Below, in pieces: positions 38,250 to 49,859 of a stretch of DNA of 64,000 nt. Origin of the DNA: Marsupella aquatica. Taxonomy: Eukaryota > Plantae > Marchantiophyta. The translations under genes were made by a program, and so were the position numbers. The stretch is taken from NCBI GenBank assembly GCA_973895155.1, contig OZ316894.1:15182699-15246698 (forward strand). The letters run 5' to 3'. How positions within the stretch are numbered: the first letter of the stretch is position 1; each line of letters starts with the position of its first letter. The notes under the pieces were generated by a model. It saw only the letters and a list, made by a program, of their open reading frames with translations, ran no database searches and had not been told where the DNA came from.

Positions 38250-38900
38250 TCCACAACAATCTTTTGCCGCATGATGCCTATAAGTTTAGGGTCAAAGGTC
38301 AGTCAGCGCCTCTAGAAATACGCTCCATGTAGATAATGATATGTACACCACAATTGTAATCATCCCCCTTGACCTGGAACGTTATCTTGGTAAATACGTG
38401 GCCAATCTAATGGACATAACATGGGACGACCCCGCAAGATGGCGAGGTCCAAAAGAAATGACCATCCTGCATTTTGGGCACAAGCAGATCAAGTAAATGT
38501 AGTTGCCACAAGGCAGTATGCCCTGCCAATATGCCAACGCTGCATTGAAGTTATATTCTGGACTTGTCATCACTTGGTAAAAATGTGTTGGCAATAACAT
38601 GGTCTTGGGTCTATCAAGGGTTTGTGCTCTTCATTCCAGTAAAGCAATGTAAGCATTGATGACGTTGCAAGTAAGCCATTTTTTTTGGCCAAGCATTTTA
38701 AATGTGCCCTTGTCAAGTGCGCGTCCTTGATTGTCACTATGACCTCTTGTTGGTCCGCCTTGGGGTCCAATGCCTTGTTCACTATCACCAAAAATTTGAA
38801 TGCTTGCTGTTGTGAGGGCACTCCTTTGTTTGCAAGCCCCACCTCTTTCACTCTTGGCCAGGGTCTCTCTTGAGCTACAATGAAGGTAAATTCACTCAAA
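38250..38900 (-). pseudogene. Decayed Ulp1-like (C48) SUMO protease, typical MULE cargo
   Basis: Frameshifted LKCLAKKxWLTCNVINAYI, LLPTHFYQ, VPGQ..DDYNCGVHII. Confidence 0.6.
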
Positions 38901-39327
38901 CATTACTCTTCAGAACTGGAGCTTGATAAACTTATACTTACATGGCGAGTTTGGAGTCTGTCACTTCCTACCGAGCTACTCTCATCCGATTGAGCTTCTT
39001 TTGCCCTATCATCGACAAATGTGAGAGTTTTCCTTTTTCTCTCTTTTACACAACAAGGCATTATTTCTTCATGATACGTATCAGCAGTGTAGCACGGAAG
39101 GGTTAACTTCTTTTGCGAGAAATATGCCAAAGGTTCCTCCCACACAAGCTTGACAAGCCGTCTGTCCTAGCTGTCCCATTCTGATGTAGCTGACTCGGTA
39201 ATCCTGTCGGGAACTACTACTTAGTTATTCTTAAATCCAATCAAATCATGTATTGCGCCCAAAACAGACGAAAACAAGAAGGCATTTGTGGACATGGATA
39301 GCCCAATAGAGATTGACCATTCCATCC

Positions 39328-39765
39328 GGATGGATCTTGGAGAGGGCAGCCAAGATTGACTCTTCCATCGACGGATCTTGGAGAGGCCAGCCAAGATGAC
39401 TCTTCCATCGATGGATCTTGGAGAGGGCAGCCAAGATTGACTCTTCCATCGACGGATCTTGGAGAGGCCAGCCAAGATGACTCTTCCATCGATGGATCTT
39501 GGAGAGGCAAGCCAAGATGACTCTTCCATTGACAGATCTTGAAGAGGCCAACTGAGATTGACTCTTCCTGAGACGGATCTTGTAGAGGCCAGCCAAGATG
39601 ACTATTCTTTCAGAGCGGATCCCAAAGAGGCCAACCGAGATATATTGACTCTTTGTGAGACAGATCTTGGAGAGGCGAGCCAAGATTGACTCTTCCTAAG
39701 ACGGATCTCGGAGAGGCCAACCAAGATGACTCTTCCTCAGACGGATCTTGGAAAGGCCAGCTGAG
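39328..39765. repeat. Minisatellite, ~41-42 bp unit, ~10 copies
   Basis: GAYGGATCTTGGAGAGGSCAGCCAAGAT(T)GACTCTTCCATC head to tail. Confidence 0.92.
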
Positions 39766-39811
39766 TACTCAACAATGTCAGCCGCAATGGACTTGTAATG
39801 TGTAGAGGAAT

Positions 39812-39990
39812 GAATCTTGGCGAGGTCCACCAACATGCATCTCAAGTTAGGACTTGCTCTCACTTGTAGAGGAGGCCAAACATTGTGAATGTTGGCAAGG
39901 TCCGCTAACATGCATCTCAAGTTAGGACTTGCCCTCGCTTGTAGAGGAGGCCAAATGCTATGAATGTCAGCAAGGTCAGTCGACATGCAA
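39812..39990. repeat. 75-bp tandem repeat, ~2.4 copies
   Basis: GAATxTTGGCxAGGTCC..AACATGCATCTCAAGTTAGGACTTGC..TTGTAGAGGAGGCCAAA. Confidence 0.85.
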
Positions 39991-40041
39991 ACATCTTGGC
40001 GAGGCCACTGACTTGTATTTTTCTATTGTCAACCATTGTGA

Positions 40042-40376
40042 GGGTTTTCACCGTGACAGCATATAGCAAACAGATTTACTGTTACAAGCAAAACTTTTCC
40101 TGTTACGAGCAAAAATTTACTATTACGAGCAAACTAGACAATCTAAAAATGTGTCATTAAAAGTCACAATTTTCAAAATAATTTAAAACATGACAATTTT
40201 TTGCTAGTGTAAGGCGATACTATTACTAGCTCCGGGCGCTAGCCAAAACATATTGACTCACAAAAAAAAATTAATATTTTTTCCCCAAAAAAAAATTCCA
40301 AAAAAAATTCCAAAAATTTTACCACCCGTTTGCTGTTACGAGTAACTATTTGTTGTTTGCTGTCACGGTGGTTATA
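40042..40376. mobile_element. Mutator-type MITE related to MULE family 2
   Basis: Inverted CACCGTGACAGCA / TGCTGTCACGGTG near the ends; flanking direct repeat ACCATTGTGA (40032-40041 and 40376-40385; TSD 8-10 bp); central family-2 palindrome at 40225-40243. Confidence 0.75.
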
Positions 40377-41129
40377 CCATTGTGATGAGCAAGCATATAT
40401 GAAATGAACAACATCAAATGCCAAAAAACTTACATGTTGTTGGGAAACAGATCTTGGAGAGAAAACTTAGATGTTGTTTGGAATATTGCCGGCTTTTTCT
40501 TCTTGCACTTTTCTAGATTGGCTTTTGAACGGACCACCAATACCTCTTTCTCCTCCACGGAGAGCACTCCAACTAGTTCTAACAATTGGTCTTTTGCACA
40601 AGTTTCAAAGTGCGGATAGGATTTAGTCCCAAACACAATCCACCCGTAGTTCTCACCCGCCTTGAATATTTCCCCAAACTGTGCGTTGAAAGTGAGGACA
40701 TTTTCCCTTGGCTGTGTTGTATATTCTATGATACACTAGCCCCATGCCCGTGTGTTGCATGAAAGATTTTGAGTGAGGGCAAGATTTTGAAGTGAGGGCA
40801 CAATGTCGAGGCGAGGGCAAGATGTCAAGGCAAGGGCAAGATTTTGAGGGGAGGGAAAGATGTTGAGGCAAGACAAAATTGTTGAGGCAAGTTTAGATGT
40901 TAAAGTGAGGCAAAGATGTTGTAGTGAGGCAAAAATGTTGAGGCGAGACAAAGAAATGTGTGTCCACCAAAGAAATCTAAACAATGCAAAGAAATGCAAG
41001 TAGGGCAAGAAAGTTGTTTAAACATCTCAAATGTTGTTGCGACTATGTTGTCATTGTTGTGATAGCTATGTTGTTGTGGAATGGCTCGATATAGGTTTAT
41101 GTAAGAAACTTGTCATTTTTTTCTTGTTG

Positions 41130-41417
41130 AACAAGGAATAGTAAGGAAGATGTTTTAATGTTAGCAAAGTATTTAGGGTTTGCAACCCTAAGTAGCTAGG
41201 GAAGGCTAGTAGGAAATAATATAAGGGAGAAGATATGTTGTTCTAAGAAAGTGTCAAGGGATAAGTGAGGTCTTTATGGCAGGGCAGCAAATATTTTGTC
41301 CTTAGTTAGAATAGACGACTAAATTGGGCCGGAAAATGACCCGACAATTGAGGTCTTAGTTTTGGTTAAAGATTTTTCCCATAGGTGCTAGGAGGTCCTT
41401 AGAGCACCCCTGCGAAG
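41130..41417 (+). repeat. Dispersed repeat; inverted homolog of 24266-24560
   Basis: Direct sequence comparison. Confidence 0.8.
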
Positions 41418-42507
41418 TATGACGTCAAGTGGGGTCTCAACCTAGGGTTTCCTTGTGTTTTGGTGAGACTTAAATTAACAAAATAACGGATCCCGGGGAA
41501 AATAGCTAATGGGCAAAAAGTTAGGGTCTAAGTAAAAATATAAGTTTACTAGTGTCCCTTCTATTCCTGGAAACTTGTGGGAGAATTTGGTTACCTTTGG
41601 TTACTTTTTGGGAGCATCTCAAAGTTGAGAATTTTTTTGGAAAACATAAGAATTAACTCTCTTTACCTAATTATAGAAATTTAAATTGATTACAGTGTTT
41701 TGTTTAGATCTTAGTAAACCGGGACATATTCCTATGTCCAAAGAACCTATGGATCTACTCACAAGTCATTTTGGACTCATGGGTGAGTTTTTGGGGCGGT
41801 CCAAAACAGCTAGGGAAACAGCTAGGGAATGTTGTTTTTTCCAAATCCGAAAATGTTTTCTAAGTGTAAAACCGTCGACGCAACTACGACGAAACGACGA
41901 TGAGGTAGGCAATAAGCACGTGATGCTTCATGGCTGAGTGGAAAATTGAAGCTATGGTGGGCTATGATGTTGGTTGGATGATTAGGACACGAGAGATGCT
42001 ATGAAGGTAATAGACTAGTAGTGATTGAAGTTGAAGGGTGAGCTCAGACTCAACTATGGCTGTTGTGATTCGAAGCTGCTGTATGGCTGCTATTGGGCTG
42101 CAAAATTGAGAGGGCTGGCTGCTGGAGAATGGAGCTATGGCTGGCTACACTAGGTGCTGCTATAGCCAGCCTGCTAATTGAGGGCGCAGCTGTAGAATTC
42201 AAGATCGATGCACCAATTAGAAGAAGTGTTGGCTCTCGAATCAATCTGTGAGCTATGAATTGAAGAAGCTATGGATAGTTGCAAAATTGACCAGAAGAGC
42301 TACAAATTGAGTTGTTGGCTGCAAGCTATGCAGGACTAGTATGGCAAGTTGCTGACCAACAACACGAGATTCATGTTGTTGCTTTATCCATGGTGCTCCT
42401 TCATTCACGATCCTGCTGTGGGAAGAAAAAGAACCATCCAAATATATTTTTAGCCAAGGCCAAGCGGGGGTTCCGATAGCTTGCAAACCAGAGCCGACAT
42501 AGGGAAT

Positions 42508-45500
42508 TGTGATGCCTAGACAGGAATCACTCGGCCGGTTAAGTGGGTAAAGCAGGAAGGCACCCTAGGAACACCTTAGTATAGGGACAAAACAAGGAAA
42601 ATATAAACAATTAGGGGCAACCATGGAACCCGGGCAGAGGCCGGAGGTAAGGCTGAGGGTGAAAACCCGATTAGGGTTAGGGCGCGTTAAGCGTCGGCGG
42701 CTAGGAAGGATCAACGGGAAGAAGGACCGGCAGAGGAGAGGGGTAAGGAGCGCTTGCAGGAGATGGTGGCTCATTTGCGAGCACGAACTAGGCAGACGAC
42801 TACGGGAGGCCAACTACTGTCAGCTGCTTAGGCAAGCACTCGGGGAGAGAATAGATACCGACGATCGACCTAAGGAGGGTATGAGCAACGTCAATCAAGC
42901 GGCACATTTCTGGGGATGCCTGTTCGAACGGGCAACTGAGTACATCAAGACTTATGAGGACGAGGAGTCAGAAAGGGCAGCTCGAGAACGGCAGGAGCTC
43001 GCTCGATTGTGGGAGCTGCAGAAGACGGCTTTCTTAGGAGGCGAACTCATCAAGGGGGAGTTCCTGTGGACGCCTACTTCCAATCAACTCGACGATCTTC
43101 TGTTTTGCAAAGACAGCGTCGTCGGCATCCGAGAGGCCATCAAGAACTGCAACGACATACACTGGGAATTAAAGGGTAGCACGGAAAGGTGGACCCAGGC
43201 AACGGTGCTAGGAGAAACCTCCACGGCAGCAGAGATGAAGAGGAAGGGGGCCGTCAACGATGAAGCCACCCCGGCAAAAAGAACGAGGTCGGCGGCACCA
43301 AAGAGGCCAGCCGAGCAGCAGAGCAGGAGGCAGGGAGAAGCCGAAGAGGAGGAGGTCGATCCCATCAAGGCCATTCCAACAAACGATGACACCTGGAAGG
43401 GCTGGGCGGCAACCCTACCGGTGGAGGTGCAACTACATTTTGCACGGGAGGAGGATGCATGCTTTACGGCCATGCAGACCAAGAAGTACCAAGGCTTCAT
43501 GGCCGGATCCGGCTTGGAGGCCTTTGTAAGATTACCATGGCTGAAGCCGGAGGTACCGGAGTCAGACCTATTAGAATTCGTGGGGTCATGGGAACCCGAG
43601 ACCAATTGCACGAGGATATATGGGAAGGATTTCTATCTTACTCCCAAGGTAATTGCCGAAGTGTTTGGCTTGCCGATAGGCAATAAGACCAAAGTTGATA
43701 CCAGGAAGACCTTGCCTGACAAGGAGTTCCGGTCGTTCCCCGGGCCATCAACGAAGAATGGCTTCTTCCGGAACACCTGCACCAACCCGCACATAGGAGA
43801 GATGATCGACTTCTTGCGGGTGACCATGCATTGTAACTTGCCGAGGGCAGAGATCGGCAAGGCACAGGTCTATCTGGCAGAAAGGCCAGACCCAAGCCGG
43901 GACTACAACGGGTACCTCCTCAACCAATTGAAGAAGATCTTAAAGGAGGAGCAGCAGGTAATCGGCATGGGGAGCGTGTCGCGGCTTGGCTATCACATGC
44001 CGCTGTTGTGCCGGTATGCCAGAGATCAGACTTTTGCCCCGGTACTTCCCCTGTAGGTAAGGGCACCCGAGGAAGCTCCAACGCCGAGGCCGTTGGCTGA
44101 GAAGCCTCAACCACCTGTTAGTCCTACGATCGAGCAGGTGTTTAGGCCCAGGAAGGAAGACTTGCCGATGCAGCAACCAGGCATGCAGAGTCTGCTGAAA
44201 CTACTGGAGAAAGAAAAGAAATCGGCATCGGCAACAACAACGGCAACGGCAACAATGCAGGACACTACTACAGAGGTAGGCCTACACCGGCTCACAAGAG
44301 AAAACCCCTTTGCTGGAGACAAGGAGAGAATCAGGCCGGAATCCAAGCCAGGTGTTCGAATGTACGTGGGAACCTCAAGCTTCGAATCTGAGGCAGAATT
44401 GCCTGAAGCTCCTACCGACGAAGAGGAGAGGGAGAAGCCGGACGTCCAAGAGGTAGAGGAGGCAGTGGAGGACTGCAGCCATGATAATTCCGGCTATGGG
44501 TCGGACCATCACGTTCCAGGAGTAAGGACCTGTGGCCGGTTTGTCCCCACACTTCCAAGGGTAGTGTGAGGGGACCCCAACCAGCAGAGTAGCCCTGAGT
44601 CTCCCCCACCAGATGTTGCTCCCCCGAGCTTCGACGGCATAAAACAGACGGTGCAGGAATTTCAGGAGCGAATCAAGCAGGAGGAGGAGGCCGCCCTGGC
44701 TAAGGAAAAGGATTTACCAGGAGGAGATTGGCCGGAGGACATCAGGCGGCTAGCCGAAAAAGGAAGCAAACCTCTAGCCACGATTGAAGAGATCCGCAGG
44801 ACGGCTTGGGAGCAGAGGCCACGATGGGCGATGCCGATCACTTCTACTTACTCCACCTACGCTAAGAATAGAGCCATGGAGTATGGTGAGATGTGTGGGG
44901 AACTTGCGCTCGGCATCTTTGGAGAGGAGTTGGAGGTAGGACCCTTTTTCCATAGGGAGCAGTTGGAGAAGCACCAATTAGAAGAAGCGGTGGCTTTAGA
45001 GAGAAGCAAGAAGGACGAGGTCATTCGGCGGCTTAGGAGGATGGAAGCCGAGATTGAAGATCTAAGGGCGGCCAAGAAAGCCCAAGATGAACTGCGGATT
45101 AAACGACATGAGCTGAACATCATGCAGGGGCAGTTGGACACCGCGCAGGCTGATAATCAGAATATCAAGGATAAACTGACTCAGACGCAGGGAGAGTTGG
45201 CCGATACGATCAAAGAGAGGGAGAAGTGGAAGCAAGAGCTGAAGAATACAGAGGAGGCCCACATAACAGCCAACAGCCGGGCCATGGCGGAGACCCAAAG
45301 AAAGGAATGGGCGTTGAAAGGGGAGCTCGAGAAAATCCGCGGAGCCCTTGAGCAGAAGGAGGTCGAGTTAGGGAAATCCTATCAAGGGATTATGGCGCTG
45401 CAGCAGGAGCTTGCGTCCCTGACGGCCAGCTTCAAGGCCGACCTAAGGGAGAAGGACGAGATGCTCGAACAGACTTACGCCAAGATGAACCAGATGGAGT

Positions 45501-47167
45501 CTGTCATCATTGCAGAGCTCGACAAGGAGCTAAGAGCAACCCAGGAGGAGAGGGCTACCTTGAAGAAGGAATTGGAGGAAGCCCACAGGGAGCAGGAGGA
45601 GGCCAAAAACGAGCTGGAGGGGGCACGTAAGGACCTGGATGAAACCCAAGAGGAGTTGGAGGAAATCACGAGGAAGATGGAGAACCTACAGCGGCGGGCC
45701 GACAACCAAACAGAGCGGCTGAAGAAACAAGCCGCAGTATTTAAATGCTTAGCTGCAGCAGGTCCATCTCCCGTTGGGACAAACCAGTTACTAGGGGTGG
45801 TAATTGCCGAAGGACAAGCCGCACCACCTGCACCAGTGCCGGAAGTAAGTGGGAAGGGGAAGGGACCAGCTGCCGAGCCACCAACGAAGAAGAAGCGGAA
45901 ACCTTCAGGGTCAAGGAGTAATACGACTTCACAGGCCGTGGTGATCAAGGAGGTAGACCCAACACCGACCCCAGACAGGGTCACGGCTAAGGATCCAACT
46001 ACCCTAGGGGAAGGGGAGGCCGAAGCCGAGGGAGTGGCTGAAGCCGAAGCTGTGGGAGTGGCTGAGGCCGAAGCCGTGGGTATTGCCGAGGCCGGTGTCG
46101 AGGCTGAAGCCGAAGGTGGACCCAGTCAGGCCGAGGGAGAGTTGACTCGGTCAAGGGCAGGTAATCTGTCAGTAGGCGGGCCAACGGCAGTGGCTGAGGA
46201 GGAAGTGTTGGGGGCGTCCATTAAGGATCCACCACCGGTGTCGTGACGGTGCAAGGGCGCCGTTCCTTTTAGGGAGGGCGGACGTGGAGGGAGGAGGCGT
46301 GAGTGGGCAGGGCGGGCGCGGATCTCCACGTTTAGGATTAGGATCAGAACCAGGAGCGGCCCTGACACTTAGCTTAGTGGGATTGCGGTTCCACTGGTAG
46401 GAGCAACACTTGTGCTCCTGCCTTGCTGTACATAGGTAGATTCGGGCAAGTAGATTACTGTCAGGTAGATTAGGCTTACGATGCAAAGAATGGCGGATCC
46501 ACTACCAGGATAAGTACCTGGGCAGCGGGGAGCTCAGGGCCTCTTCTTTAGCAAGTTTTTAGTTTGCACCAGCCGGGCTGGGATCAAGTAGTACGAGAAG
46601 CTCTCGGTTAGTCATACAGTGACCCTTGTGTATATTCATGTTTCCTCATGCCTAAGAGCTGAATAGAGTTGGCCTCACGGCTTAGTTCGCAGAACTTGTG
46701 TATGAGATGTACTGTTTGTATGGCAAGAGCATGGTATGACTCAGTCAGAATGAGTCATTTTGCTATTTGTGTGTCGCATTAACTTGTGTGAAGAGTGCCC
46801 ACATCAACAGAAGGAAGGAAAGTAAGCAGGGGAGTGAGAGTTGGATGTGTCGAGCTGAGAGAGGTCTTAGCGGCTTAACCAAGCCTATTGGGGATCATTC
46901 CGGCGGCGGAATCCAAACATACCTAACAAGACGGAGGGGAAGACAGGGGAAGACAGGGGAAGGCCTATATTAGGCCGGCTACGTATCTCATGACCCGATG
47001 AAGGATCTGTCCAGTATATGTGTGTAAAATGTTAATAGTAGTAGTAGAAGGTTAGCAGCGTCCCATGCCGCTAAGCCGCGGAAACTGCCTCGCCAAGCAC
47101 GAAACCTGCGGGAATCGGCTTGAGCTGGGGGGTTCCTTGGGTTTAGGGAGCCATGGGACGCACCACA
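42508..47167 (+). mobile_element. Element A: 4660-bp TG...CA element with 5-bp TSD (giant solo-LTR-like)
   Basis: TGTGATGC...GCACCACA termini; TSD GGAAT (42503-42507 and 47168-47172); collinear with 51310-56048. Confidence 0.9.
42623..46246 (+). pseudogene. ~1207-codon ORF: PMD/Transposase_28/32-like domain plus long coiled coil; two in-frame stops
   Basis: ORFs 42623-44056, 44093-44569 and 44651-46246 share one frame; the stops are sense codons in copy B; EFVGSWEPETNCTRIYGKDFYLTPKVIAEVFGLP resembles the PMD W-x-P-E-T...GLP block. Confidence 0.75.
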
Positions 47168-48811
47168 GGAATGACCACCAGATTTAGGGACTCACTTTTC
47201 TCGCACCCATACCACTTTAGTTAGGATATAGGGAAGGTTACTTACCTTTGGTCAAAGGTGTAAGGCCATCAAGCTAAGAGAAGTAAGTATAGGGGGTAGT
47301 TTACTTAGGGTAGTAAAATAAGGCCAACTTTGACTAAGCATAACTTGAGACTCACTCACTCTTTTTGAGAGCTTTCAAGTGGGTTGGAAATCTGGTGAAG
47401 AGGACCATAAGTGGGAGCAACTCAAGTGTGGCATATTCTAGGGCTTGGAGGAGTCAAAACAGCAGGTTGTAGAGTGGGCTATGAAGTATAGATTTGGACT
47501 TTGTGTGTTAGGAGGACTTGGGAGAGGTGTATTTTGACCCCAGGTTGAGTTTGGTGTGGTTTGGAAGGAGAATAGTATATAATGAGAAAGTTTTCCTTTG
47601 TTAGGGACCAGAATTCTCAGTTCTCGAAGTAGAGGCTCTACCTTGCTAAGTTGGGGCTAAGTTTGAGAAGGAGATGAGGTTCATACTTAGTGTGAGGATT
47701 TTATAGAAGATCTTTTGTTGTAAGGATTGAGTATGCAATGAAAAGAGTCTTCCAATCTTCATTGTGACCATTAAGTGTGAGAGAATTTGAAGTGTATGAG
47801 GGCAAGAGAAGAGTCCATATTTGGGTGCAATCTTGGTCTAAGCTTGAAGGGGATGTGCTGGTACACAACCAAGGTCAGGGAGGCAAGGCTAAGGTGGAGC
47901 ACTACTTTGGGACTTAGAGAGGATTGTATCTTGAGGATAGAAAGTACCTTGCCTTGAGTGAGAACAAGAGGGAAGAGTCCTTAGAGAGAAGAGTTGTCTC
48001 TAAGAGCTCAAGGCAGGGTACTCTTTGACAGTTATTGAGGAGAGAAAGGATGTGGGAGGGGGAGAGGGAGTGCAAGAGCTCAGGTGATGGTCCCTTGGGG
48101 CTTTGCAGGGTCAAGGTGTGATTGCACAATGCTATTGGGAGGGGAGCATTTTAATTTTTCCCTTCCCTTTTTTGGGGAATTTACAAACGACAGCAAATAG
48201 ATAACAGTAACAGCAAACAGTTACTGTTATCAGCTAAAAGAAACTGTTACCAATGAATAGTGTTTGGCTAGCAGTGAACAGTGATCATGAAAAAAGGGGA
48301 CGAAAGGTGCATTTCAAACTACTGGTATAGAAAGTAAGACGACCAAACTTGCGTGAAAGGAAATTGGACAAAACGGAGACATGAATTTCACAATTGAGAT
48401 AAACAAAATCTGAGACCAATATATGTCAAAATGCCCAAGGAGAAAAGAAAATTGTCATATATAATCACAAAGTACAAAACGTGCTCAGCGTAGGTCCTAA
48501 AAATGCAGTTATAAGTTAAAACTTGGAGGCCTAGAAATCCGATATACAAAAGCCACGGTCGATCCCGACTGAGGATTGCCAATAAAACATAAGCAGCGCT
48601 CGGCGCTAGCCAACCATTGAATGAAAAACTATGTGTTTCCTGAAGACAACAACCGGGAAAACCCTAACAACTAAGCCAAGGTTGACTCCGTCCCAAAACA
48701 TCGAAAAGAGCATAAGCAGTGCTCGGCGCTAGCTTAAAGTGATCACCAAATTGAACAATGCTACATCGTTCTTCGTGCAAAACTATAGGAACAACAAATA
48801 CGACTTTGTAT

Positions 48812-49300
48812 CTAGTTTTCAGAGTTGCAATCATCCTCCACTCCTATCGCTTCTCTCCTCCAATCTTTCTTGAATCCAAGACCACGCCATCGAATGTATC
48901 TCTCAAAAGGTCCCCGATGCACTGCCCTCATAAAACCTCCATTTGGAATATTACTGTCCTTAAAGTCAACTTGCCCAAACATTTCTTGCACTCTCCTATT
49001 GATTGGCAGTACACCATCAATAGGAACAGCCTGATGAGACGAGAACCTACTTGCAAATGGGAGTGGAGGAGAATTGACAATCCACGGGATGTTCTTCTCT
49101 CCAGGACTAATAGCCTCATCATACGGTAGAGCATGAAGGTTCCAAAAAGTAGAGGTTTTAGTCTCTTCAGTCTCCATCTGTGACTCAAAAGAGCTGAAAT
49201 GGCTCTCTTTCGGACGCACACGAGAAGGAAGGAATGCTGCCTCCCAATCCATGAGCTCACCGTTTCTCACCATGTTGAATAGAGCCCAATCAAATGTCAA
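48812..49300 (-). CDS. Hypothetical protein inside MULE family 2
   Basis: 162-codon ORF with protein-like composition, flanked by family-2 palindromes; no recognised domain. Confidence 0.3.
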   Translation of the reverse strand: MTFDWALFNMVRNGELMDWEAAFLPSRVRPKESHFSSFESQMETEETKTSTFWNLHALPYDEAISPGEKNIPWIVNSPPLPFASRFSSHQAVPIDGVLPINRRVQEMFGQVDFKDSNIPNGGFMRAVHRGPFERYIRWRGLGFKKDWRREAIGVEDDCNSEN

Positions 49301-49859
49301 CTTCCCCTCTCACAAAATGCAAAAAGTGTCGCCCGCAAAAGGTCCAAAATCTATCGTCCGCAAAAGGTCCGCAAACGATCGTCGGTCCAAAAACTGTCGA
49401 CCGCAAAAATTGTTGCCCGCAAAACGTCCCCAAGCTGTTGTCGGTCCAAAAACTGTCTTCAACAAGAGGACCAAAAATGTCATCCGCAAAAGGTTTGAAA
49501 GTTTGGGGTATCCACTAGCACTTACAGTCCATGTGGGGTTTCCTTTGGCAAACTAACGGACACAAACCAAATGGCCGTTGGTATCCAAAACGTATAATAT
49601 ACTCTTTATTGCCTACTATTTGTCTCATTATGAAGACCGTTGGTAGGACACGACAAAGACCAAACGGCCATGACACACCAATAAAAGCGGGAAATATTTG
49701 CTTTATGAATCACCATTTGGCGAGCACCAGGCGCTTGTAAAAAACACAAGTAATGAGACATCAATTTATAAGGACCCTCAACAGAGGAACTGAATACAAG
49801 TTGGTACTAGCGTCGGGCGCTGCTAAAACATTTCACCTAAACTTCTTCAATATGTGTCA

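Larger units (their letters stand above)
41420..48128 (-). mobile_element. Probable LTR-retrotransposon-derived non-coding sequence hosting element A
   Basis: LTR-like composition; minus strand begins TGTGCAATC at 48128; no matching TSD found. Confidence 0.3.

Noticed and set aside
39328-39765. CRISPR-like array
   Set aside because: Units are head to tail with no unique spacers, there are no cas genes, and the context is eukaryotic; it is a minisatellite
24266-41417. The inverted repeat pair as TIRs of one 17-kb element
   Set aside because: The copies are substantially diverged and no flanking TSD was found; treated as independent dispersed repeats, though not formally excluded
42671-42682. 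TTAGGGTTAGGG telomeric tract (also near 51476)
   Set aside because: Only two units, inside the element ORF; not an interstitial telomere
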